Position numbers and translations under genes: made by a program. The notes under the pieces were generated by a model. That model searched no databases. It saw only the letters and a program-made list of their open reading frames with translations, and was not told the origin of the DNA. From a virus, in UHGV virus genome UHGV-0121713: 20,464 bases of DNA; one strand, 5' to 3'. This document shows positions 8,934-17,340 of this stretch, in pieces; within the stretch, counting starts at the first letter, position 1, and each line of letters opens with the position of its first letter.

Positions 8934-11054
8934 ATGAGTACATATCATAATGATCAGCCAATACTAGGTGGTCAAAATGACCCCGATTTATTAAACAGGC
9001 TCGATTTTGCAAATCACTTGGCAAATATTCTACTATTAAATCACAATGATGATTGCCTTACTGTATCTATAGAGGCAGAGTGGGGATATGGTAAAACGTC
9101 AGTGATAAATCTTATAAAAGGTGCTTTGAATGAAAAGGAGTTCTTACCAATAATAATAGAATATAATCCATGGCTGGCCGGTCAACCTGAATCCTTGATT
9201 CAGGATTTTTTATTACAGTTCTCTTCACAACTAAATATTAAAGACAATTCAAAAGCTGCTTTGGAAGCTTCAAAAGAATTAATTGCATACTCCAATCTCT
9301 TCAGTGTAGCAAAACTTATTCCAGGGACAGAACCTTGGGCATCTATCATAGAAAAAGTCCTCTCTAATTTTGGGAGTGCTACTAAAAAGATTGCTGAATT
9401 AAAAAAACTGGATCTTTTAGGTAGAAAAAAACAAGTAGAGAAGGCAATAAAAAAAATAAAAAATCCTATTGTGGTAATAATTGATGATATTGATCGATTG
9501 ACTCCTGCAGAAACTTTTCAAGTTTTACGATTGGTTAAAGCAGTTGCAGATTTCTCAGGAACTTCTTTTTTACTTGCATTTGATCCTAATTATTTGATTT
9601 CTGTGCTTGATAAAAATAATATCGTCAATTCTTCGGAGTATCTTAATAAAATTGTTCAACTTCGAGTCCCACTTCCTGTAATCTCAGAAAGGGGTATGAA
9701 TGAACTTGCAAATGCAGAACTGGAAAAGATAGCTAATAAATCTTTAACTGACAGATTCGAAAGTGATCAAGAAAGACTAAGCTGGATTTATCATAATTAT
9801 TTTAAAAAACTAATTAAGAATCCGAGAGAGTTAAAAAGATTTTTTAACCATTTGAGATTCGTTTTAGAGCAAATTGAAGGGCAGGTATGTTTTTCTGATC
9901 TCTTTGCTTTATCTCTGGTCGCCACTAAATCGAGTTTGGTATACGAGCATATTAAAAGCACACCAGAGGCATATATAGGGAAGAGATTCACTAATGATGG
10001 CCTTTTGATGGATAAACCTCAAGATATTGTGGATAGATTTAGTGATGAGCGAAATAAGAAACTGAGTAATTTTTCTGATCAAGAGCGTTCAGTGATGCAG
10101 GAACTCTTAGGAGATATTTTCCCACTTCTACAGTCAAGCGGGTATTCTCATTATGGGGTTTCTGATCCCGATACAGCAGGAAGGGTTTCTGCACCACAAA
10201 GGCTTCATATTGCGTTTCATTATAAAACTCCAGCAGGGTATATTTCTGATCATGATATTATCAGTTTCATTAATGGAGATGTCAAAAGAAACGAATTTCT
10301 AAGAGATGTGCTCTCGCAAAATGCAGAAGAAAGATTTTTTGAAATGATGAATAATTATTCGAGTTATTGTAAGGATAATAGTTTTGAAATATTAACGTGT
10401 ATTTATGATACTTTTCTGTTTTCTCAAGAATTGAAATCCTCATTGGAAAGAAACTATGGTTTTTTGACAAAAGATCTTTATAGAAGGATGAATTGGCTCA
10501 CTAATAAGGTAATATCTGAAAGTGATGATAAATATGGGTTAATAAAGGGGGTTGTAGGTAGGCATGAGAATGCGCCACTTGGTGCAGACGTATTATGCCA
10601 AGCTCGTAAACAGATTCAAAATGGATGGAATGACAAAATATGGGTTAGTATTGAAGAATTGGCTGAACTTGAAGGTATCTTTCAACAGGTGGCTATTAAA
10701 GTTTTAAGTGATAAAATATATTTTGATTATCATCTTGAATCTCATATATTTTTCGAATTAAAGAGAGTTTCATCTCAATTTACATCAGAGTTTATTGCTT
10801 CTGTATTATCAAGTGATGGCCTGATTAGGATGTGTGAGATTATTGGTGAAACAGGTAGTGATTCAACAAATGGCCCTTATTTTAAGTTTGATGAAATTTA
10901 CTTCGGGGAAATACTTGATGTGAATGAACTTCGAAATAAAGCGAAAAATTTAGATTTTTCAATTTATCCCACACGCATTCAAGCTGTACTTAAGAGTATT
11001 CTGGATGGACAAAAATATTATTTGAGAGATGCAACTGTTGGTGAAGATTGGTAA
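8934..11054 (+). CDS. KAP-family P-loop NTPase (PifA-like), about 706 aa; candidate abortive-infection/defence protein
   Basis: Walker A EAEWGYGKTS (about 9072..9101) and KAP-type Walker B IVVIIDDIDRL (about 9465..9500). Gene is visibly AT-rich with several A7-A8 tracts, unlike the flanking phage backbone. ORF-track start 8928 is TTG; the first ATG is 8934. Confidence 0.7.
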   Translation: MSTYHNDQPILGGQNDPDLLNRLDFANHLANILLLNHNDDCLTVSIEAEWGYGKTSVINLIKGALNEKEFLPIIIEYNPWLAGQPESLIQDFLLQFSSQLNIKDNSKAALEASKELIAYSNLFSVAKLIPGTEPWASIIEKVLSNFGSATKKIAELKKLDLLGRKKQVEKAIKKIKNPIVVIIDDIDRLTPAETFQVLRLVKAVADFSGTSFLLAFDPNYLISVLDKNNIVNSSEYLNKIVQLRVPLPVISERGMNELANAELEKIANKSLTDRFESDQERLSWIYHNYFKKLIKNPRELKRFFNHLRFVLEQIEGQVCFSDLFALSLVATKSSLVYEHIKSTPEAYIGKRFTNDGLLMDKPQDIVDRFSDERNKKLSNFSDQERSVMQELLGDIFPLLQSSGYSHYGVSDPDTAGRVSAPQRLHIAFHYKTPAGYISDHDIISFINGDVKRNEFLRDVLSQNAEERFFEMMNNYSSYCKDNSFEILTCIYDTFLFSQELKSSLERNYGFLTKDLYRRMNWLTNKVISESDDKYGLIKGVVGRHENAPLGADVLCQARKQIQNGWNDKIWVSIEELAELEGIFQQVAIKVLSDKIYFDYHLESHIFFELKRVSSQFTSEFIASVLSSDGLIRMCEIIGETGSDSTNGPYFKFDEIYFGEILDVNELRNKAKNLDFSIYPTRIQAVLKSILDGQKYYLRDATVGEDW

Positions 11055-11170
11055 TACTTTTATAGGCATGCTTAGAGATGATGGAGTATCTTTTTCTCCC
11101 TTTTGAGGAAGTGATTTCCAACTGGGCATGGATGCCACATCAAATGGACAGTTGTTGTCACCTGTCAGTT

Positions 11171-11240
11171 AGCTGCTATTTGTTTATAGCAGCTGAAAGC
11201 CCACTACATAGTTACACCAGAAGGAGTAACAATGTAGTGG
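11171..11240. repeat. Two adjacent strong inverted repeats (hairpins) in the intergenic region after the KAP gene
   Basis: IR1: agctgctat (11171..11179) / atagcagct (11186..11194), perfect 9-bp stem. IR2: ccactacatagttac (11201..11215) / gtaacaatgtagtgg (11226..11240), 14 of 15 bp paired with AAGGAG in the loop. The 10-mer CCACTACATA recurs at 11478..11487. Confidence 0.5.
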
Positions 11241-11496
11241 ATAGCTAAATTTGACCACCTTAACAGATATGTTAATTTCCCCCCTCGCTCACAGCGGACT
11301 TTCATCTTTGTAAACCCTTATAATTCGCTTTTCAGCGGTCATTCAGATACGGATTTACGCTTTCCTTGGCAGTGCATGACTATGACGCATGAGATCGCAT
11401 GATCGTTTGAGGATCGTTTTTGCTGAGGCCAGCCAGAACTGGCGTGCTTTTGCTTATGTCATGCAGGTGCATGAAAACCACTACATAAAGTGGGCA

Positions 11497-11515
11497 GGCG
11501 TGGCGGGGATACGAG
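11497..11515. other. Candidate cos (cohesive-end) remnant of the P2/186 family
   Basis: GGCGTGGCGGGGA (11497..11509) matches the first 13 nt of the 19-nt P2/186 cohesive end as I recall it (GGCG[A/T]GGCGGGGAAAGCA[C/T]); the next 6 nt diverge. It sits in a local GC-rich patch inside otherwise AT-rich cargo. Not verified by alignment. Confidence 0.3.
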
Positions 11516-11645
11516 CGCGCGCTAACTCTTGGCTTTGTTTCATAATCAAAAATGTGATCATTGAGATTATTCTTAATTTTATGTTTGTCTATGAAATATC
11601 ATTTCGCTTAACATTGTTTGAGTTAGGACTACATGAGAATAAAGA

Positions 11646-12221
11646 ATGCTTTTACCCGTAAGTGTTACATCGTGTGGCTTGTATCACCCCTACTGGCATT
11701 TGGGAGAGCGCAACCCTCATAGCGATGAACTATCAAGGCAGATGATGGATTTTAAGGATGAAAATAATCGTAATCATCAAAGGGCTATTAACCGTTTTTC
11801 TCGATTAGCTATAGATAAGGTTGGGCGGTTAGTAATCAGAGGTGGCGGTGGGCGTTTTGTTGAGTCTCCTTTTTCGATAGCAGTCGTCCCATCTCACACT
11901 GAAGGCAGAATTTCACCGGCTTTGATTGAGGTCGCCGAGCGAATCGTAAATGTTCACCGTCGGGGCATTGTTGATTGCTGTTTGGAAAGAACACGCACTG
12001 TTCCTAGCGCACATCGTGAAGGAGGAGATCGCTCAATTACTGGTCACATGTCTAGTATCAGAGTTAGGGGTGGTAACCTCATGGGGCGAAATGTGTTACT
12101 ACTAGATGATGTTAAAACAACAGGCGGTAGTTTGTCTGCGTGTTTTTATTTACTGGAGTCTGCAGGAGCTGGAGTTATAATGCCATTAGCTCTGCTAGAA
12201 ACTGCAAACTATGAGGAGTAG
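11646..12221 (+). CDS. Type I phosphoribosyltransferase (PRTase) domain protein, 191 aa; candidate defence effector (ShosT-like / ComF-like)
   Basis: PRPP-binding signature VLLLDDVKTTGGSL (hydrophobic stretch-DD-x-x-TTG). In-frame TAA two codons upstream fixes the 5' limit. Overlaps the next gene by 11 nt. Confidence 0.7.
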   Translation: MLLPVSVTSCGLYHPYWHLGERNPHSDELSRQMMDFKDENNRNHQRAINRFSRLAIDKVGRLVIRGGGGRFVESPFSIAVVPSHTEGRISPALIEVAERIVNVHRRGIVDCCLERTRTVPSAHREGGDRSITGHMSSIRVRGGNLMGRNVLLLDDVKTTGGSLSACFYLLESAGAGVIMPLALLETANYEE

Positions 12222-13185
12222 CAAAGTGCACTCAGAAGAATTAAAAAATACACTTGGATTAGCTATTCAAATCGGGAAGCTAGCATCTGATCAAAGTGTA
12301 TTGAAATTCTTTGAGCTTATTGATTTTGATGTTATTCGTGATATACGCGACTTAACTGAGATGGTTAATAGCCACGGGTTTCTAAAAGATAAAATATCTG
12401 AGACTGATTTTCTAATAGCGAATGCTGAATTGGAGAACCACCATGTTAATGGTGTGGAGCTAATACCATATGGGTCTGAATTCTATCCTCTTAGTTTAGC
12501 GTTTACTCCTAATCCACCATCAATTCTCTACATAAAAGGGGATAAAAGTATACTAAAAGAATTGCCGGGTGTCGCAATTGTAGGATCCCGTGATACTTCC
12601 CCTGCAGGGGAAGAAATAACGAGGCGAATCACTAATCAGATAGTGTCTGCTGGGTATATTGTTGTAAGTGGGTTAGCAATAGGCACTGATGCGAATGCTC
12701 ATAAGGCAACGTTACAAGCAAAAGGAAAAACCATTGCTGTCTTGGCGCATGGTCTTGAGGAGGCTAAGCCGAAGCAAAACAGTCGACTTGCTCAAGAGAT
12801 TCTGGATAAAGGTGGTGCATGGATTTCTGAGTATCCTATGGGGCGACCGGCCCAGAAACAATCATTTGTACAAAGAAATCGGATACAAGTTGGATTATCT
12901 GCAGGTTCAATTTTAATCGAGGCTGCGTTAAATAGCGGAACGATAACTCAAGCTGAGTTTGCAAATAAGGCTAAAAGACCAGTGTTTGCGGTTGTACCTC
13001 ACCTACCTAATAATCCGCTTAATCTTAATTGTGAGGGAACAGTTGATTTAGTTAAGAGCAACATGGCTAGAGCGTTAAAAACAAAACGGGATTATGATGA
13101 TGTGATTATGATCATAAATGAGTCTCGGGAGTATTTGTTAGAGCTAAAATGGCCAGGGAAACAGAGTACATTAGACTTGATTTAA
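12211..13185 (+). CDS. DprA/Smf-like (SLOG-superfamily Rossmann) protein, about 320 aa; candidate defence partner (ShosA-like)
   Basis: DprA core motifs VAIVGSRDTSPAGEE and IVVSGLAIGTDANAHKA, then TIAVLAHGLEE and RNRIQVGLS. Start is ATG 12211 or GTG 12226 (the latter has a GGAG Shine-Dalgarno at 7-nt spacing). Confidence 0.75.
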   Translation: MRSSKVHSEELKNTLGLAIQIGKLASDQSVLKFFELIDFDVIRDIRDLTEMVNSHGFLKDKISETDFLIANAELENHHVNGVELIPYGSEFYPLSLAFTPNPPSILYIKGDKSILKELPGVAIVGSRDTSPAGEEITRRITNQIVSAGYIVVSGLAIGTDANAHKATLQAKGKTIAVLAHGLEEAKPKQNSRLAQEILDKGGAWISEYPMGRPAQKQSFVQRNRIQVGLSAGSILIEAALNSGTITQAEFANKAKRPVFAVVPHLPNNPLNLNCEGTVDLVKSNMARALKTKRDYDDVIMIINESREYLLELKWPGKQSTLDLI

Positions 13186-13209
13186 AGCGCCTCTTTTAGA
13201 GGCACTTTG

Positions 13210-13866
13210 CTAAATTTGATATCTCTCGAATTTTATAATTTCTTCACCGCTCCAATGATTAAATTCTTTCATTCTTTTTTGTAATGGTAATAATTCATTT
13301 TTCACAAATACCTTACTAGCTTTTTCTACATCCCCAAATCCCCCAACATTATTAGGCATTATCCCCATCATCTGTGGCGGAACGCGATGTGCTGCCATCA
13401 TGTCATCCCGGCTCACGTTCTTGATATTTAGAAACTCATCCTTCGCCGCAACTTCTGACAAAGGGATGATCTGAAGGCCGTCCTTTTTGCCGTTAGGCGA
13501 GTACATAAACAGGTTGCGGAAGTTACCCGGACCTTTGGCACTTTTCATTGCATTGCGGAGGTTGTTCACGTCCTCCTGGTTCTGCGCAGCATCGGTCATG
13601 TACATGATGAAGCCTGCATGACTACCGTTAATGTAATACTTGCGGCGGAACAGCGTGGCGGACTCATTGAGCAGGGCGGACGGAATGGCAGAAAGATAGC
13701 TGGGCAGGCCGTAGATCTCCTGGTTAATGTCCGGTTCCATCAGATGAAAAATGCTGCCTTTCGTGAACTGATACGGCTGGGTTGTCATACCGTATTGCAC
13801 AAACCAGTAGGTATCCAGGTCTAACCCGCGTCGGGTGTATTTTGCCAGAGCAGGCTCAAGGGCGAC
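13210..13866 (-). pseudogene. Q: 3' fragment of the portal gene Q (P2 gpQ family), 5'-truncated by deletion
   Basis: Encodes about 218 aa of portal-like C-terminal sequence (...YINGSHAGFIMYMTD...LQIIPLSEVAAKDEF...). The open frame runs upstream into unrelated sequence; the N-terminal third and the adjacent terminase P are absent. Upper boundary is approximate. Confidence 0.65.
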
Positions 13867-14054
13867 AACGACAACACCGGATTGAGGAACTGAAACGTGA
13901 GAACGAGGATTTACGCCGCTGGGCTGATACACCTTTGCCTGCTGACATTATCCGGCTGCGGGAACGCCCCACACTCACCGGAGGTGCAGATTACCGTCAG
14001 TGGTTGTCCGCGAGTGACGCCGTGTCGGCTGGGACAGGCAGCGCCGCGCACTAA
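13866..14054 (+). pseudogene. lysB: 3' fragment of lysB (Rz-like inner-membrane spanin), 5'-truncated
   Basis: Coiled-coil, charged C-terminal peptide ...HRIEELKRENEDLRRWADTPLPADIIRLRERP directly upstream of R, as in P2 (lysA-lysB/lysC-R-S). No holin or endolysin upstream. Boundary approximate. Confidence 0.45.
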
Positions 14055-14187
14055 CGGTGGCCTGAACGCGTTGCTGGATGAAACGGAGGCCGCCTGGGCG
14101 GTCTGTGCAGACAAAGTGGACATGATTATTGCGTGTCAGGAGCGAAACAGTGAACAAACCACAATCCCTGCGCCACGCCCTCAATAA
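13897..14187 (+). CDS. lysC: LysC-like (Rz1-type outer-membrane spanin lipoprotein) embedded ORF; probably non-functional remnant
   Basis: +1-frame ORF inside lysB with lipobox LTLSGC and a proline-rich tail; GTG start; stop overlaps the R start. Confidence 0.35.
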   Translation: MRTRIYAAGLIHLCLLTLSGCGNAPHSPEVQITVSGCPRVTPCRLGQAAPRTNGGLNALLDETEAAWAVCADKVDMIIACQERNSEQTTIPAPRPQ

Positions 14188-14581
14188 AGCGGTGCCTTAT
14201 GTCCGCAATAACCCGGACAAACTGCATCTGTTTGTGGATAACGGTTCGCTGGTTGCCACGGGGGCCAGCTCCATGTCATGGGAGTACCGCTATACCCTGA
14301 ACGTGGTGATAGAGGATTTCAGCGGCGACCAGAATCTGCTGATGGCCCCGGTTTTACTGTGGCTTCGGGATAACCAGCCCGATGCCATCAATAACCCGGC
14401 GTTACGGGAAAAGCTATTCACCTTTGAGGTGGATATTTTGCGCAACGATGTCTGTGATATCAGCCTTAACCTGCAATTGACGGAACGTGTGCTGGTCAGT
14501 ACTGACGGCAGTGTGTCGAGCGTTGAAGCTGTAGCAGAACCCGATGAACCTGAAGAAATGTGGACGGTGAAACGTGGCTGA
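14150..14581 (+). CDS. R: Tail completion protein (P2 gpR family), about 143 aa
   Basis: MNKPQSLRHALNKAVPYVRNNPDKLHLFVDNGS... resembles my recollection of P2 gpR (MLKPDSLRRAL...IFVDNGS). GTG 14150 with AGGAG Shine-Dalgarno at 7 nt; ORF-track start 14129 is TTG. Confidence 0.7.
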   Translation: MNKPQSLRHALNKAVPYVRNNPDKLHLFVDNGSLVATGASSMSWEYRYTLNVVIEDFSGDQNLLMAPVLLWLRDNQPDAINNPALREKLFTFEVDILRNDVCDISLNLQLTERVLVSTDGSVSSVEAVAEPDEPEEMWTVKRG

Positions 14582-15020
14582 ACTGCAGAAGGTGGACGAC
14601 TGGCTGAGTGCCTTGCTGGCGAATCTGGAACCAGCCACGAGAAGCCGCATGATGCGCCAGCTGGCGCAGGAACTGCGCCGGACACAGCAGCAGAATATCA
14701 GGATGCAGCGCAATCCAGATGGCAGCAGTTATGAACCGCGCAGGGTAACAGCACGCAGCAAGAAAGGCCGCATCAAACGTCAGATGTTTGCAAAGTTGCG
14801 CACCACAAAATACCTGAAAACTGCCGCCAGCGCCGACTCTGCCAGCGTACAGTTTGAAGGCAAGGTGCAGCGTATTGCCCGTGTTCACCATTACGGCCTG
14901 CGTGATCGCGTCAGTCGCAAAGGACCGGAGGTCCGTTACGCAGAGCGCCGCCTGCTGGGTGTAAATGATGATGTTGAGGCAATGACCCGCGACATGATTC
15001 TGCAATGGCTGGCGGGGTGA
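14574..15020 (+). CDS. S: Tail completion / virion morphogenesis protein (P2 gpS family), 148 aa
   Basis: Follows R with overlapping GTG start and stop (GTGGCTGA), matching the P2 R-S order and size. Confidence 0.65.
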   Translation: MAELQKVDDWLSALLANLEPATRSRMMRQLAQELRRTQQQNIRMQRNPDGSSYEPRRVTARSKKGRIKRQMFAKLRTTKYLKTAASADSASVQFEGKVQRIARVHHYGLRDRVSRKGPEVRYAERRLLGVNDDVEAMTRDMILQWLAG

Positions 15021-15088
15021 TCTTTGTATCAGCACTGATACAAGTTGCAGCACTGCCGCCTTTCTTCCCCTGATGGCAACCTTTCCCT

Positions 15089-15295
15089 ATGAACGCACAA
15101 TTAACCGAAATCATGCGCCTTATCACCAACCTGATCCGCACTGGTGTAGTCACCGAAGTGGACCGGGAAAACTGGCTTTGCCGGGTGAAAACGAGCGACC
15201 TTGAAACCAACTGGATTAACTGGCTGACGCTGCGCGCGGGTAAACGCGCTGCCGCAGGACAAGCGCCTGTCTGCCATGACTATGTTGTTTGGTAA
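15089..15295 (+). pseudogene. V: 5' fragment of baseplate spike gene V (68 codons), truncated
   Basis: MNAQLTEIMRLITNLIRTGVVTEVDRENWLCRVKTSDLETNWINWLTLRAGK resembles the P2 gpV N-terminus; the frame ends after 68 codons where tape-measure-like sequence begins in another frame. Confidence 0.6.
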
Positions 15296-16082
15296 AGAGT
15301 TTGGCGATGACGCGGCGAAACTGGCAAACAACCTGCCGGAACTGCAGCGTCAGTTAAAACTGACAGCGGGCAATGATGCGCTTGGCTCCATGCAGAAAGA
15401 ATCCGACATTAACAAGGATTCACTTTCTGCGCAGTGGTTGCTGGTCAAAACCGGAGCGCAGAACACCTTCAGCAGCCTGGGCGAAACGCTGCGCCAGCCG
15501 CTGATGGATATTCTGTACACGGTGAAAAGCATCACGGGAGCGTTGCGCCGCTGGGTGGAAGCTAACCCGGAACTGACAGGCACACTGATGAAAGTATCGG
15601 CTGTTGTGGCTGCGGTTACCGTCGGCCTCGGCACCTTAGCGGTGGCGCTGGCTGCAGTGCTGGGGCCGCTGGCAGTGATCCGTCTGGGATTCTCTGTGTT
15701 GGGTATCAAAACGTTATCTTCCGTTACGGCAGCAGTAACTCGAACCAGCAGCGCGTTGTCCTGGCTGGCTGGCGCACCACTGGCACTGCTGCGACGCGGG
15801 CTTGCTTCATCGGGCAACGCCGCAGGTTTACTTACTGCGCCGTTGTCGTCTTTGCGCCGCACGGCATCACTGACGGGAAATGTCCTGAAAACTGTAGCAG
15901 GTGCGCCGGTTGCACTTTTGCGGTCTGGATTATCCGGTTTACGTGCTGTTGCTGTGATGTTTATGAATCCTCTGGCGGTACTGCGCGGTGGACTGGCCGC
16001 CGCAGGCACGGTGCTGCGAGTACTGGCATCTGGTCCACTGAATCATTGTCCGATATGTTCGGTGATCTCAGTGCGCAACTGA
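15276..16082 (+). pseudogene. T: Internal fragment of tail tape-measure gene T
   Basis: Ala/Leu/Gly-rich repetitive hydrophobic segment typical of tape-measure proteins; only about 268 codons, abutting the V fragment. W, J, I, H, G, FI, FII, E and most of T/U are absent. Confidence 0.55.
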
Positions 16083-16149
16083 ATAATCTGCAGGACACGG
16101 CAACGTCTGCCTTAAGCGATATCAGTAAAACGGTGGGAGGGCTGCTGTC

Positions 16150-17250
16150 GTGAATTTCAGCTCTGAACTGCTTAACAAAGGCAACAAAACTCCCGCATTC
16201 AGCATCAGTATTGAGGGCAGGGATATCACCACTGTGCTGGATAACCGCCTGATGAGTCTGACGCTGACGGACAATCGGGGCTTTGAAGCGGACCAGCTTG
16301 ATCTGGAGCTGGACGACGCCGATGGAAAAATAGCGCTGCCGCGCCGTGGTGCGGTCGTTACGCTGGCGCTGGGCTGGAAGGGGCAGCCGCTTTTCCCGAA
16401 AGGGGCATTCACGGTGGACGAGATTGAACACACTGGCGCACCGGACCGCCTGACTATCCGGGCGCGAAGTGCTGATTTTCGGGAAACGCTGAATACCCGC
16501 CGTGAAAAGTCGTGGCACAAGACCACTGTCGGGGAAGTGGTGAAGGAAATAGCTGTGCGGCACAAACTGAAGATGGCACTGGGTAAAGACCTGTCAGATA
16601 AACCCGTGGAACATATAGACCAGACCAATGAGAGTGACGGCAGTTTTCTGATGCGGCTGGCGCGCCAGTACGGTGCTATTGCGTCGGTGAAAAATGGCAA
16701 TCTGTTATTCATCCGGCAGGGACAGGGTAAAAGCGCCAGCGGTAAACCACTACCGGTGATCACTATCACACGTAAGGACGGCGACAGTCACCGCTTTACC
16801 CTGGCAGATCGCGGAGCCTATACGGGCGTAATTGCCAGTTGGTTGCATACCCGCGAACCCGCGAATAAAGAAAGCACCACGGTGAAGCGTAAGCGCAGGA
16901 CTAAGAAGCAGAAGAAAGAGCCGGAAGCGAAGCAGGGCGATTACCTGGTGGGTACGGATGAAAACGTGCTGGTACTTAATCGCACCTATGCCAACCGGAG
17001 CAACGCCGAACGGGCGGCAAAAATGCAGTGGGAACGCCTGCAACGCGGCGTTGCGTCATTCTCGCTACAACTGGCGGAAGGGCGGGCAGATCTCTACACG
17101 GAAATGCCAGTGAAAGTCAGTGGCTTTAAACAGCTGATAGATGATGCGGAATGGACCATTACGACTCTGACACATACCGTCAGCCCGGATAACGGTTTTA
17201 CGACCAGTCTGGAGCTTGAAGTGAGGATTGATGATTTCGAAATGGAATGA
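16150..17250 (+). CDS. D: Tail protein D (P2 gpD / late control D family), 366 aa
   Basis: Position immediately before ogr at the prophage right end, and size, match P2 gpD. GTG start with GGGAGG Shine-Dalgarno at 9 nt, overlapping the stop of a short upstream U-like remnant frame. Confidence 0.75.
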   Translation: MNFSSELLNKGNKTPAFSISIEGRDITTVLDNRLMSLTLTDNRGFEADQLDLELDDADGKIALPRRGAVVTLALGWKGQPLFPKGAFTVDEIEHTGAPDRLTIRARSADFRETLNTRREKSWHKTTVGEVVKEIAVRHKLKMALGKDLSDKPVEHIDQTNESDGSFLMRLARQYGAIASVKNGNLLFIRQGQGKSASGKPLPVITITRKDGDSHRFTLADRGAYTGVIASWLHTREPANKESTTVKRKRRTKKQKKEPEAKQGDYLVGTDENVLVLNRTYANRSNAERAAKMQWERLQRGVASFSLQLAEGRADLYTEMPVKVSGFKQLIDDAEWTITTLTHTVSPDNGFTTSLELEVRIDDFEME

Positions 17251-17340
17251 TTCTTCGCAATGGAGAACTTTTAAGTTTGCAAAATGGAATAATGCGGTAT
17301 CATTATTGTGAATTTAGCAAAAATGGGGAGAACTCGAAAA

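Noticed and set aside
11389-11661. 90-aa ORF in the gap between the KAP gene and the PRTase gene
   Set aside because: It overlaps the candidate cos remnant and repeat region, has no Shine-Dalgarno or recognisable domain, and sits in a different frame from the PRTase gene; more likely non-coding. Low-confidence rejection: a small membrane protein cannot be excluded.
11646-13185. Interpretation of the PRTase + DprA pair as natural-competence genes (comF/dprA)
   Set aside because: Domains are shared with ComFC and DprA, but the pair sits in AT-rich cargo inside a prophage variable region, the genes overlap as a two-gene cassette, and no other com genes are nearby; a defence or toxin-antitoxin role is more plausible. 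Needs phylogeny to confirm.
8490-13210. Retron, CRISPR array, restriction-modification system or tRNA gene in or near the cargo
   Set aside because: No reverse-transcriptase-like ORF, no regularly spaced direct repeats, no restriction endonuclease partner next to the methyltransferase (dam is 4 kb away in the phage early operon), and no tRNA-like cloverleaf seen at the att sites.
14290-16769. Long minus-strand ORFs (up to 219 aa) across R, S, the T fragment and D
   Set aside because: Antisense to genes with phage homology and conserved order; Ala/Arg/Ser-rich low-complexity translations typical of GC-rich antisense frames.
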